A stretch of 64,000 nt of DNA from Chrysomallon squamiferum (Eukaryota; Animalia; Mollusca). Within the stretch, counting starts at the first letter, position 1. Each line of letters begins with the position of its first letter. Of the stretch, positions 1 to 14,066 are shown piece by piece. Below the pieces are notes generated by a model. That model did no database searches. It was not told the origin of the DNA and was given only the letters and a program-made list of their open reading frames with translations. The position numbers and the translations under genes were made by a program. The stretch is taken from contig CM022667.1 in NCBI GenBank assembly GCA_012295275.1, positions 868,001 through 932,000 of the forward strand, in the 5' to 3' direction.

Positions 1-1457
1 ATTTTTTTTTTTTTTTTTTTTGTGTGAAAAAGTCTGGAATTATATAATAATGTGTAATTACGGTCGTCATAGAGATGCTAACGACGATCTCCTAACATAT
101 TGTTTACGTCATAGAAGAGGTGCTGAAAAATGATTACTTACATGTCATGACGTGTTATTTTGTCATAACTATTTGTCGTATGACTGTGGTGCAAGAAAAA
201 AATAAAGAATAAAAGGAATAACGATGGTGATGACGATGATGATGATGATGATAATAATAATAATTTACATTTTAAATAAAATATAGTCATACTCCTATTT
301 AAAAACTATTTACTTATATTATTGTTATTATTATTATTTATTATTATGATTATTTAGTTAGTAGTGGTAGTATAACGATAAGGCAAATAATTAAAATGTT
401 TTTTTCTAAACTTTTCAAATTTATGAGCTTAAGAGAAAACAGTTTCATTATCAGTAGTAGTAGTAGTAGTAGTAGTAGTAGCAGCAGCTGTAATTGTTGT
501 AAGTAACTGTCATATTAGTAGTCGATATTTTAACAGCGCTAATAATAAACTAAACTAATATAAAATGTCATGGCTGAACAAACAATTCATCATTTAAATC
601 CTTTATTTATTGCATTACCAGTTTTCTGAAGGTTAATCGCAGAATCAAATTAAAAAATAAATATATAAAAATAATTTACAAATGTATTATAAGAAGAGCG
701 AAAGTTTCATTACAAAGATAATTTGAGATATTGAATTAATTCTTTCAAAAATAAGAATTTACCTAATTGACCGCTTTTTTTTTTTTTTATAAATTCTTTT
801 CCTTAGTTATTATTATTATTATTATTAATAGAAAATTATTTTTAAGAGAAATAAAAAAAAAAAAAAAAAAAAAAAAATAAAAAAAAAATAAAAAGGGTTG
901 TTTAACTGTAATCATCTCTGGATTAATGTAAAACATATTCAGCGCTTTATGAACTTTGACCTTCTTTCTAACTGCTTATCCAGCGAAAAGCAGTTCACTT
1001 TCCTGTACGCTTTCATTTACAAATTTCGAGATGGTGGTTTCCCCATCTCTGTTACGTTTGTTCTCTTCAAAAAGCTGACCCGGAGCATTTCCTGTTGAAG
1101 GAGGAAAATATTTGCATCATATTCATTTTCAAGAACGAGATATTTCCTTACAAAAGAAGGATGATAACGAGAACTCATTATGTTCTCGTTTGCAAATACT
1201 TTATTAAATAATTGAGGGCGGGTCTACGTATCTTTGTGTAGTGGGATTTGTAGTATGTGTGATGGTGTATCAGTGCTGCTATGTAATAGAGTGCGTGCGC
1301 GTGCACGTGAGTGGGGTGTGTCGGTGAGTGGGTGTGTGAGTGTGCGTATGGATGGATATGCGCGTGCGTGTGTATAGTAGATAAGAGAGAAAGAGAATTA
1401 AAAAAACCACTAGATTTAGGATATCTTAATGGTATAATAATAATAATAATAATAATA

Positions 1458-1494
<37 letters not shown>

Positions 1495-1929
1495 CAATAA
1501 TAATTATATAACAACAACAGCAACAACAACAATATTAATAATAACAACAATAACAATTATGACAATAAAAGCAATTTTCTTACTACTACTACTAATAATA
1601 ACTGTAATGTAACACGATATTGTGTAAAATCAGCATGTTTATTTTTAAAAGGGTCGTTAAAAAGTCCTTACTGTTTCGTAGATATTTACAGCATTTTAAT
1701 TCTCAATATAACTTAATTCGCGAACACAACAAACCAAATTAACCAGTCACAATGAACTAATCAGAGCATCCTTAACTGTAGGCATTATTCGTGTACAATG
1801 GACATTAATTATTATATTGTAAAGACTGCAGGCAACACTTCTTTCCTTAACATTTTAATTTGTCCTTGTTAATATACAACCCCCCTATACAATATTTAGG
1901 TTTGATCATCTTTGTGTGAAAAACAATTA

Positions 1930-1945
<16 letters not shown>

Positions 1946-2025
<80 letters not shown>

Positions 2026-2049
2026 TAACGAAGAAAGGCTGTAATGAAG

Positions 2050-2080
<31 letters not shown>

Positions 2081-2346
2081 TAAATTATATTCTGTTGGGT
2101 GAATATTAACATTAGCATATTTACCATAAAATCGAAATCAATTTTTGATGAAAAACAAAAAGAAGTCATATTTGGTTTCAGAGTTATTATTTCTTCGAAA
2201 ATATGCAAAAAAAAATAGTTTCCTTTATAAAATAACCTTAATATAAGATGAGAGTAAATCAGAGTGTATTTCCTTTGTCTGAAAAATAATTAATATATAT
2301 ACTGTTTCTTCTTCTTCTTCTTCTTCTTCTTCTTCTTCTTCTTCTT

Positions 2347-2440
<94 letters not shown>
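1946..2440. repeat. Two long (AG)n microsatellites (1946-2022, 2348-2440) plus (TTC)n and poly-A
   Basis: Directly visible. Confidence 0.95.
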
Positions 2441-2444
<4 letters not shown>

Positions 2445-2926
2445 TGTTTATTGTGAATTGTTTCAAACTGATGGTTAAATCATTGCTACTTATGTTTCCA
2501 ATAACATTGGGGTTAGAGATACAGTTGCAGATATTATCTAAATCTTTAATCTTTATCCCTAGTGTCAACCTAAAACAGAAATATTACCTGTTACCCATAT
2601 CAGGACTCGATCTCAGTAACTACAGAGTGAGTTACACGTCACATATGTATAATGTTAATTATCATCATCATCATCATCATTATTTTTATTATTATTATTA
2701 TTATTATTTTTAATCACAAATGTAAAGTTATTTAATTTATTAGTCTTATTTTTATTAACCATTTTCTGTTCTTTATTAATCGTCGTTATTTTTACTTAGA
2801 AAAATAATAAAACTGTCTTCGGTATATTTATTCAATTTTAAATCAACACACCATCAAACTTTAACCAATCAAAAAAAAAAAAATAATAATAATAAAAAAT
2901 AAACCATATTCTAAACTTATGGACAG

Positions 2927-2962
<36 letters not shown>

Positions 2963-3179
2963 AGGAAAGAAAGAATAAAAAAAGAAGCAAAGAATGAAAA
3001 AAAAAAAAATAATAATAATAAAATAAAATAAAATAAAATAAAAGAACGTAGTTTGTACGTTAATAAAGAGGCTGATTGTTCATGAAAAAAAGAAACATAT
3101 TATTTTCTTTCTTAACGGTATTCAGAAATGTCATCCGAAAAAAAAAGAAGAAAGAAAAAAAAAAAAAAAAAAAAAAGAA

Positions 3180-3506
3180 TCTACCAAGATAACGCTAGTC
3201 ACGCCGTATTTAATGTAATCCAATTTACCGATATATCTATCTCTCGGTTTATAGTTACGAACGACTGTGGGACCTCGCGCGAATCAATAGCGTTAACATC
3301 AAAACCAATCTCCCGATCTCGCATCGAAAGAGAAGCAAAATCCTATTCACACTGTGTGTATGAAGCACTTGTTTGGCGTCATCCCAAAGATTTGGCAGGC
3401 ACGGACATGAGTGACAATCGCACCCCTCTGTGGTCCGTTTGGGGTATCATGGGACACGGATGTAGCGCATGCTCAGTCGCGAAGTGATACCAGGCAGAAA
3501 GGCATC
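3180..3506 (+). promoter_or_regulatory. CpG-rich promoter / 5' UTR region with Inr-like TCAGTC (3473-3478) and an NRF1-like GCGCATGC (3465-3472)
   Basis: Local rise in GC and CpG directly upstream of ATG 3507 in otherwise very AT-rich DNA. The CpG-rich sequence continues into the intron to about 4200. The TSS is inferred only. Confidence 0.55.
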
Positions 3507-3549
3507 ATGTCCCGTCGCAAGCAGGCCAACCCCCGACCGTTAATTACAG
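3507..3549 (+). CDS. RREB1: RREB1 coding exon 1: MSRRKQANPRPLIT + 1 nt (NuRD-recruitment motif)
   Basis: ggcatcATG start, with an in-frame upstream stop at 3408-3410. Strong donor CAG|GTAAGT at 3550. Its phase 1 end matches the phase 1 start of the exon at 38513. Confidence 0.8.
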
Positions 3550-4353
3550 GTAAGTTTTGTTTTTACCTTTTTTCCCCGCTTACCTGATCGTTTCGTGTCA
3601 TTTCGCTAATATTTCGCTGTAAATTTTTTTTTTTCGACTCGAGTCACAGTTGTTTGTTTCACAAATTTAGTGATGGATAGATTGATCGTCTGCTTGAAAA
3701 TAAATTACGTCGCTAACGCTAACGGATAGGGAAGTTGAATAGAAAACTTCCTTACTTTTCATCATTGTTGGTTAGACAGGTAAATACATATATATACCTG
3801 TCCGTACTGTTGTGAATGTATTTATGTTGTCACCTTTTAAATTATCATCGTGCTATCCGATTTCGTTAGTCGAATCTATTATTATTATTTTTAACCAGGG
3901 GGTTATATCATTGTCATCATAACCGTTTTGTTGCGAATATCGATACGTAACATCAAGCGATTTTTTTTTTACCTCCTGTGACAGCAGCTTGGCTGGGTGG
4001 TTGTCACGGCAACAGGGGCGCGCATCTCGCCTCGCGCTGGTCACGCCCACATTTCCAAGGCGATGTTGATACAGCGGAGGGTATGTTGGGTGGCGCCCTC
4101 TTCTGGGGTAACCGGTTGCTGAGCAAAGCTTTTCATCTCAAGTGATGTCAGGCTCGCAGTTAATGTGATAAGAGTACTGAAGTGTTTGCCCAGCTCTTGA
4201 CTGGTTATGTATGTATTCAATTTAGATTTATGGCCTCAATTTCCTTGAAAAATAGCTTGGGAAATTTTAAACACAAATTTATTTAAAAAAAAAAAAAAAG
4301 AAGAAAAAAAAAGAACATCCCAAATTTGCCTCCCCTTTATTTATTTATTTATT

Positions 4354-4408
<55 letters not shown>

Positions 4409-5238
4409 CATTTTATTATTATTATTATTTATATTTTGTTCTTATTATTGTTGTTGTTGTTGTTTACTAATACAGTTTGTGTTTGTTGTGTATGTATGGT
4501 ATATATTTGCATTGAATAGTTTCCAATTTTTCTCTTTTTTTATTATCTACATTCTTAAAGCCCTTGTAATTTAATCTTTATTTCTTTGTATTTATTTTAA
4601 TCTTCAACAAATTAGATATTGTTTATTCAATTGTTTATTTAATTAACTAAACTTACAATCTGAATAACTAAATATTTTCATCACTAAAAAAACACACATA
4701 TAATTTACACACACACACACAAACACACACATGCAACACCAATGGAAAAACATAATAACCAGTTTGTTTTCACATGCCTAAACATTCTCAGAGATATATC
4801 AGTGATGTCAATTGTTCAATGAAAAATGTCATCTGTTAAGAAAAAAACAAAAAAAACCAAACTGTTTTAAATGGTAAGGCTTTTGTCTGACATCGGAACA
4901 GCTCTAGAAAAATAGTTAAGAGTTACCGATGCTTATTATAAATCTATACAAAGGCAACTGGACGTCTGCCAACACCCATCCACTGCCCACTGACGTCAGA
5001 ACTAGTTTAGAAGTTCAGTAACCAGTGATTATTGATCTGTGTTGACACTTTGAGTTTATTTTTATTTTCATCTGCTTATTGCTGAATGAAAAACATGCTG
5101 GTTATCAAATATTATAAAATCAAAAAATAAAAATAAAAATAAATAAAATGTCCCTGCTCTATGGTTTATGATGAGTAAATTGTTTAGTAATTTATGGATT
5201 TTTTCTTCTCTGCAGATTTGTATTAATAATGTAGAGTT

Positions 5239-5274
<36 letters not shown>

Positions 5275-6164
5275 ATTTTTTTTTTTTTTTATAATTATTA
5301 AATAATATATTATTATTATTAGCATTTATCGTATATAAACTTGAGATACTTTGTCAGTTTTTACTTATGATGAAATGTTTTTAATTTTTATATATTTTTA
5401 TATATATATATATAGTCAGTGTTATCTTTATGTAAATGGATTGGAGTAGACTCAAAATTATTATTTAGAATATTATTAATGTTAATTCTTCTTTTTCTTC
5501 TTTCTTCTTCTTCTTCTTCTTCTTATTATTATTATTGCTATTACTACTACAACAACTAATACTATTGAAAATATAATAAAAACAAAGAAAAACTATTTAG
5601 TAATATTAACTACTTTTCTTCTGAAGAACAACAATCATTATAATGTTTGGGTAATAGCATAATATAGAAAAAAAGAAGAAATTTATTATGTTAAATATTA
5701 ATTAAAAGAAATTATATATCATAAATCTTTAGGCTGTTTCTGATAAATTAGAATAATACGAATAAAAATTAAAGCATAATTATTATTATTTTTTTAAAAA
5801 TTAGTTCTGGTTTGCACTTTATTTGTTTACATCTTTATTTATCTATCTGTCTACCTGTTTATTTGATATCTTATGATAAAATCCAAGAATTATAGTGACA
5901 CCTATGCACCTAATATCCCTCAACCCCATAATAATGAAAACGCTTATCACAGCATCAAAAACAACCACACCCCCATCCAAATATAACAACATAAAATTAT
6001 ACTGCTATGTAAAAATTAATATCAGCATAGCCAGTGACACTTTGTTTTATATAATATGACTCTTAGGCCAAAATCATTACATTGTATTCAAATATAATAT
6101 GGGTACATTTTATTTTATTTTATTTTATATGTATTATAAATGATGTATTATCATGTCTTACATG

Positions 6165-6750
6165 TTATTACTGTCAGTGATGTGACACTTTGTTTTACAT
6201 GCTGTGACTGTCCACTGACTGTTTTAAACATTATGACTATCACTGATGCAGTATGTTATTTTAAACATGACAGTCAGTGATATTGTACTTTATTTTAAAC
6301 ATTATGACTTGCAGTGATGTGATACTCTGTTTTACATATCATGATTTTCAGTCACATGGTACTTTGCTTTACATTCTATGACTATCAGTGATGTAATACA
6401 TTGTTTTAAACATTACTTTCAAATGATGTATCACATTATTATGATCAGAGTTATAGTTGCATTATTTTAAACATTACTGTCAGTGATGTAGTACATTATT
6501 TTAAACATTATAACTGTCAATAATGTAGTACAATATTTTAAGCATTATGACTGTCAGTGATGTGGTACATTATTTTAAATTTTATGACTGTCAATGATGT
6601 GGTACATTGTTTTAAACATTATGACTGTCAGTGATGTACATAATTTTAAACATTATGACTGTCAGTGATGTGGTACTTTATTTTTAAACATTATGACTGT
6701 CAGTGATGTGGTACTTTATTTTTAAACATTATGACTCTCAGAGATGTGGT
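6165..6750. repeat. ~39-40 bp minisatellite, consensus ttttaaacattatgactgtcagtgatgtggtacatta
   Basis: More than a dozen copies; most homogeneous at the 3' end (6530-6750). Confidence 0.92.
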
Positions 6751-7103
6751 AAATTGCTATCTAACTGGTCTGTGTTGATGATAATGATAATGCTGTGATA
6801 AGAAATGTAGCCTCGTGGAAGACAGCATCTGTGAGGGTGTGCTTATCAATGTGGTGGCTGCAAGCTGTCCCAAGATAAAGATGTACAACTGTCATCATTG
6901 TAGATAAACATGTTTCGTTCTCAATCGAGCTGCAGATGTCATTTCACTATTTGTGAGGAGAAAACACGAAAAGTGATAACGATTTTCTTTTATGCTGTTT
7001 TTTGAGCATTATCAAGAATTATCTGCAGAATTGTCTTTTTAAAAATTATTTTTAATAATTAAAAAAGTTTTAGGATATCTCTATTATAAAACTGATAACT
7101 ATA

Positions 7104-7139
<36 letters not shown>

Positions 7140-7419
7140 ATAATATAAGAAGCCCAGATGTTTTCATTTTATCTTTCTCCTGAATAGAATTTCATTTTTC
7201 CTCTACAAGTTTAAAAATTTTTAAAAATCCAAACATGTATGCAAATAATTGTCTTTAAAATATAAATACTTTCCATTATTTTATTTTATTATAGCTGTGA
7301 TTTTTATTTTTATTTTTTTAAATAAATTTTTTTTTTTTTTTTTTTTTTTATGCAATGCAATAATCTCTTAATTTCTTTCTTTATTTAAACTTACAAACCT
7401 GTGAATTAATTTGCCTGTA

Positions 7420-8045
7420 TAATTCTATAACTTCTAAATAAAAGTAATCTTTTTATAATTTATAGTTTCATAACTTCTAAATAAAGACCAACAGTTTATA
7501 ATTAGTCTATAATGATAATTCTATAACCTATATAAAGTTTATCTTCTTACAGTTTGTCTGAATGATTCTATAACCTCTGAATAAAGACCATCTGAATTTC
7601 TCACTTTTTTATATACAGTGCTATAACCTCATAATAAAGATTGTCTATTTAATTGTATTATTTTTTTAAATATATTTAAAAAAAAAAAAATTGTGATATC
7701 ATAACCTTTTGTATAATGCTATAACCACTGAATAGAGACTGTCTATTTTTTTAGTTTTCTTTTATCTAACACTATAACCTTTGAATAAAAACTGTTTGTA
7801 TATTTTAATTTTCTTTTATATAATACAATATAATAATACTTTTAATTTCTTTTAACATAACCTATGAATAAAGACCAGCTGTTTTTTTTAACTTTCTCAT
7901 ATATATGATTATAACCTCTAAATAAAGACCACATGTGTATTTTAATTTTCTTTTATGCATTACTATAACCTCTGAATAGAGACCACCTGTATACTTTAAT
8001 TTTTCTTTTATATAGTAATACAGCCTATGAATAAAGAATACCTGC
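7420..8045. repeat. Degenerate ~55-60 bp minisatellite with core ctataacctctgaataaagacc
   Basis: Core recurs about ten times and explains the repetitive ORF 7862..8047. Confidence 0.85.
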
Positions 8046-9927
8046 ATTCACATGCCACATTTCACAAGATCATCTTGTCAGAATGAATGGCTAAAAAAAA
8101 AATTAAAAAAAAAATTCTTAATTCTTTTTACTAATATTGTACATATAGACCAAACACAAAGAAATCACATTTGCTGATTTTTCAAAATCTTTAGTATCCG
8201 TATATATATATGTACAGTATTGATTTAACAGGTTGATACAATGACAGTGTACCAGGGAGAGATATACAATAATTGAAATAATGCGTATATATATATATAT
8301 AGTTTTTTTTTTTTTTTTTTCACAAGTGTTTTGTTGCCTATTCACATCAGCTTCGATCATGGGTAGAGTGGGGTGTATTTGTCAGGATTTCTTTCTTTTT
8401 TTTTTTCTTTTCCCTTCTTCTAAAAATATATATGACTTCTTTTTTTCAAAAAAGGCAATTTGTATGGTCATGATTTGTACCATTGGAAATCATTTCTAAC
8501 GGAACATCCTGTTCATGCTGATAAAGATCTTTATGACTTCTGCAAACAAAATTAAAAGGCTATAATGTTGACCTTTATTTTTATGAAATATTTGGGAGCT
8601 TGCAGTTTATTGTGAAGAACACGCAACTCCACCCGAACCTAACAAAAGATGATATGCATCTGATTGTGTTGCTGCATATTTGCATTGATGGAGATTTATG
8701 AATTGAAGCTTTTAAAATTGTTTTAAAGCATTTATTATTATTATTTTTTTTTTTTCTTGGCTTTTTGTTTCTTCATTTATTTAGGTTTAGAATTATATTT
8801 GTAATTTTTTTTATTATTATTATTTTTTATTTTATTATATTTTTAATTTATATATTGTTATATATAAATATTATTTTTCAGTAAACGACCCTTCACATGT
8901 AACCTGCTCTTAAATCACAATGACTATGATATGGTTCATGAAACAGAACATATCACACAAGCTAGTGATGTTTAAATTGTATACAAAATTATTGATTTTT
9001 TAAAATTTTAAATATATATTTCTTTTATAAGAAGACCCAACTGCGTGATCTCATGCACATCATGTCTGTTTTATTCATTTTTTATTTGAATTTGAAACAA
9101 ATTTAATACTGTTTCATTGCTGCTGAAAGGTTAACAGAAATAAATCAAACTGTTTGATCTCTGTTTTATCAATACTCTGTGTTACATTGTAATACCTTTG
9201 TAAACATTGGCTATGATTAGTCATTTCTCCACAATGAATGAATGAATGAATGGATGAATAATTGCTTTACATTTTTTTTTATTCACTTTGGTAATTTTTA
9301 TTTTTTTTTTTTTTTCAAAAAAAAAAAAAAATTAATTAAAAAAAAAATTGTTAATGTATGTTTGTGCATGTGTTTGTGTGTGTATATGTTTAGTTCACAT
9401 ATACATTGGTAAAAGTAAGCCAATTTTATTGTTACAATGAATTAATTCTGATACCTAGTTGTTTTATATATGCTATACATAGCTGAGCATAAACTATAGT
9501 CTTTATTACTGAAAGTGATGTTCCAGTTTGGTAATGGAGATTTGATCCTATGAACTGTCATTCCTCAGTCAGGTTTTGTTTATGATGAACAAAATGCTTC
9601 TCCTTTCCCAGACAAAATATTATGTTTACAGGTCTAAAATACTGATTTTTGGGATCATACAAGTATTATCAGTTATTTATATTTTAATAGGTCTGAATTA
9701 TGATTTCATCTCATTTTCATAGTTCCATCCATCTGTTTTGTCTGTCTGTTCATCCAGTCCAGTTTATTTCCTTTTACTGGAAAAAGAAAAGAATAGCCAC
9801 TGCAAAAATAAATTAAATAAATTAAATAAATGAATAAAACAAAACACAACAAAAAAAAAAAAAATATTTTTATTATTTAATTTCATATTTATTTTTTAAT
9901 ATTTAAATCTTGTTAATTTAAAAAATA

Positions 9928-9976
<49 letters not shown>

Positions 9977-10545
9977 ATTTATTAATTAGTATTATTATTT
10001 TTAATTTTTTTTATATTTAATTTTAATTTTTATTTTTTTTTTTTTTTTTTCCTGTCTTTTTCTTTATGTCAGTCAAACAACAGTTAGAAAAGTATTTTAT
10101 TCCACCAAAGGTTGAGCACGCCTAACACGGGCCACACCATCAGGGTATCAGCTAACAACTGCATTAAACAGCAAGGGTGGGGAGGGGAGGTCTGAACACA
10201 ACCTCGATAAGCCAACAAAGAAAGACTGGCCAAATTGGCCTTATTACTTACATTTCTACAGCTGTATTTACTTACCTCGAAAAGAAAAAAAAAAAAAAAA
10301 AAAAATCATGTTTTATAAACACTTAATCCCCCGATCTGGCTGGCATCCCTTTTGACAAATTTCTGTTATGTGCATGCATCCCGGGCTGATTTATCCCACC
10401 TGAATCACACCGTGTCGCATGATTAACTTCCAGTGGTGTAATTAAATACAGCAGGACCTGTGTGTGTGTGTTGCTTTTGTGGGCTTCATGAGAGCGAAGC
10501 AGGTAAGTCCCTTCATAGTTTAAGAACGCTGCATGATGGGGCAGG

Positions 10546-10578
<33 letters not shown>

Positions 10579-11128
10579 CTCTCTCTCTCTCCCCCCTCGT
10601 CGTCTCTCTCCCCCCCCTCTCGTCGACACATTGTCTCTCTCTTCTCATCCTAAGCCTCGTTGCTAAGTTTCCGCCACCGAAAAATCACTGTTGGTAAAAT
10701 TAATAAGATAAAGAGTTAGCAATGCGGCAAGGGCTGGTTTTTGTTGTTGTTCGTCCTAACAACAACAACAACAGCAACAGCAACAACAGCAACTGGGTGG
10801 ATAAATAACAGTGGGGGTGTGTGTGTGAAAGAGAGGAAGACCGTTATCCAGATTTATAACAAAAATGTTGTTGTTGTTGTTGTTGTTGTTGATATTGTTA
10901 TTATTAAGTAAGGAGTCTTGAAGTAGTGTTTCTGTTGATGTTGTTCTGATTTGGGTGGTAGACATTTTTGAAAAAAAATGATTTTGTTAATGATAATTTG
11001 TTTGTTTTGTGTGTAGTTTTATTTATTTGATTTATTTGATTGATTGATTTATTGATTGATTTATTGATTTATTGTTTTAATTATTTTATTTTATTTTATT
11101 TATTTATTTATTTATTTATTTATTTGAT

Positions 11129-11159
<31 letters not shown>

Positions 11160-11669
11160 TTTTATTTTATTTTTATTTTAAACATCAAAAAAATTACCCC
11201 TTTCTTGATAGTTATACTCACAGAATAATGAGTAAGTGCAAATTTCTAAACATCCCATTTTCACATAGAAAATAATATTATTTCAGAATATGTCAAAATT
11301 AACTGACCATAAAGCAAATGGATATTATGTTATTAAGTTACTTAACAGAACTGGGTTAAGCTGATGAGAACCCAGAAGGAACTGGGTCACTTAACTGAAC
11401 ATGTTTCTGTTCGATTCAAGGGCAGAACAAGAGGGAATCTGGCTACGAGAGCAAGTTTGGATTGATGAGTTCTGATGGGAATTTGGCTATTCAGTGGGAA
11501 ACTGTGACTAAGGGAATTTAGTTGTTTGCGATACGGTTTAGATAAGAAGGTTTAAGAGGGACTTAGCAAATAGGAATGGTGTATTGAGGTTATTTGACAG
11601 AGCAGTAATGTGTAACTGAATATTGTTGCAAACATATTAAAAGCCTCATAGAAATAAAGTCACTGATGA

Positions 11670-12050
11670 AAGTAATTCAGTTTGAGGAAAGCAGGAAGAT
11701 CAATTAGATCATAACAGAACAATTTCAGTTTAGAGGAAGAAGATGGATTATAACAGAATAATTTCAGTTTAAAAGAAGATGCAATTTGATTACAATAGAG
11801 TAATTTCAGTTTAGAGGAAGTTAGTTAGATTCCAACAGAATTATTTCAGTTGATAGGATCATATATTATAATAGAATAATTTCAGTTTAGAGGAAGACAG
11901 ACTGTAACAGAACATTTTCAGTTTAAAAGAAGATGGGAACTTGATTACAATAGAGTAATTTGAGTTAGATGGGGATGGGGTTAGATTATCAAAGAACAAT
12001 TTCAGTTCATAGGAAGATAGATTATAACAGAATAATTTCAGTCAGATGAA
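11670..12050. repeat. ~38-42 bp minisatellite, core ataacagaataatttcagtttagaggaag
   Basis: aatttcagtt recurs at regular spacing. Confidence 0.88.
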
Positions 12051-12519
12051 GAAAGATTTGAAAAATTAATTATACATCTTTTCTTTCTTTCTCAAATCTG
12101 CATTCACAATAATTATCCTTTTATTCAGCTGAACTCATAGACACAACAATAAATAGTTTATTTTATTTTTTTTCTCTCTCTTAGATTCTTTCTTTTCTTT
12201 TTCTTTTGATGCTCTGCACAACAACATCCTTATTATGATCCCTGAAGTTTCATTTACTCTTTTTTAAATTAATTTTTTAAAAAAAAATTTTTTTTGCTTG
12301 TTGTTATTGTAATATATGTGTTGTTCCTTGAGTACGCGAGCACTTGCATCTTTTTGTGTGTGATTTTCTCATGTATTTTAATGGGCGGTGAAGTAACTGG
12401 AGTAGAGGTTTGTGGTATTTGCAGATACCTAACACGTTAATGTACATTTTCAACTCTGCAAAAACAGTCAGATTCTTCTTCTTTTAAAAATTTACTACAG
12501 TTTTACGTAACGTACAATT

Positions 12520-13420
12520 ATAAAGAAATTTTCAAAATTGTTGTAATAAATCTTAAATGTTTTTAAAATCATTTGGTTAATTTTTGTTTATTTTATATAT
12601 ATATAATTAATAAAGTTTGATTTAATTTTATATATATATACACACACACATATATATAATTAATAAAGTTTGATTTAATTTTATATATATATACACACAC
12701 ACATATATATAATTAATAAAGTTTGATTTAACATAAGTTTGTAATTAAAAAGAAAAAAAATATTGTAATAAATTTTAATGTTTTTAAAATATTTGGTATA
12801 TTTTTATTTATAATTAATAAAGTTTGATTTAACATGTTTGTAATTAAAAATAAATACTGTACTAAATTTAACTGTTTTCAAACAGTTGGTTAATTTTTAT
12901 TTATAATTTGCGTAGCTTGACAACACATAAGTATATAAATAATTTTGAAAAAAATGTAATAAATTTAATTTTGAAAAATATTTGATTAATTTTTATTTAT
13001 AATTTGTGTAGCTTGACAACAGATAAGTATATAAATAATTTTTATTAATTGTAAAGTCTGACTTAATGTAAGTGTATAAATAAATAAAAAATGTAATAAA
13101 TTTAATTTTTATTTATAATTAGTAAACTTTGACTCAAAATAAGTTTATAATGTGTATATTGTTATAGATTGAAATGTTCTTAAACAGTTGATTCATTTTT
13201 ATTTATAATTAATAAAGTGTTTAAAAATTAAAAACATAAATGTTGAAATAAATATAATTTAATTATCTAATTTTATTTACATATATTAAAGTTTGATTAA
13301 TAATAACATTAGGTTTAAAAACATTAGTGTAATTGTTTTGTTGGTTTTTTTTGTTTCTTTTTTTTGTTATTAGTAAAGTTTGACTTAATGTAAGAATATA
13401 AATGAAATAAAGTTAATAAA
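12520..13420. repeat. Degenerate AT-rich tandem repeat (core ataattaataaagtttgatttaa) with a near-perfect ~52 bp duplication at 12596-12730
   Basis: Directly visible recurrence. Confidence 0.75.
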
Positions 13421-14022
13421 ATTATAAAAATAATTATTGTTATAAAGTGCTTACAAACATTTCTTTTTTTAAGTTAGAATTACTAAGGTTTTACATAATA
13501 TGTTATTCAGAGAGAGGGTTTAGGATTTATTAATGTTTTTAATTTAAATAAATTGTTTATAAATATTTGATTCAATTTGTTTATGACTTATGAGTTTCAA
13601 TACATATAGTAGTAATAATAATAATAATAATAATAATTTTAACAAAATAATAATTACAACAATGACAACAGCAACAAGAAAAATGATGATGATGATGATG
13701 ATGCATCATTTAATTATTTTATTAAGATGATTATGTTAACAGTGTCATACATATCACAGTGAACTGATGTTATAACATTTAGTTATATTCTGTTAATAAA
13801 ACAGCTATGTCTTTGTGATGTTAAATAAGCAAGTTTAGATGGCTTTTCAGAAACTAGTATCTTTATTAATAGGTTAATGGCTTGTGTCAGCTGCTCAGAA
13901 GAGCACAGATACATAGTAAATAATAGTTTTAGGAAAGTGTTACCACAGCAAAATGTTGTTGTAGTAGATATTGTTGTTACATCTACTACTACTACTAGAA
14001 GTCTAATAATTATATGTGTTGT

Positions 14023-14060
<38 letters not shown>

Positions 14061-14066
<6 letters not shown>

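Noticed and set aside
3128-3487. 119-aa ORF upstream of exon 1
   Set aside because: It begins in poly-A-derived lysines, crosses the probable promoter and has no recognisable product. Only its distal ATGs are of interest, as possible uORFs.
6165-6750. CRISPR-like appearance of this and other regularly spaced repeats (also 47731-48255)
   Set aside because: The units are contiguous tandem copies without unique spacers, there are no cas genes, and the context is a eukaryotic intron.
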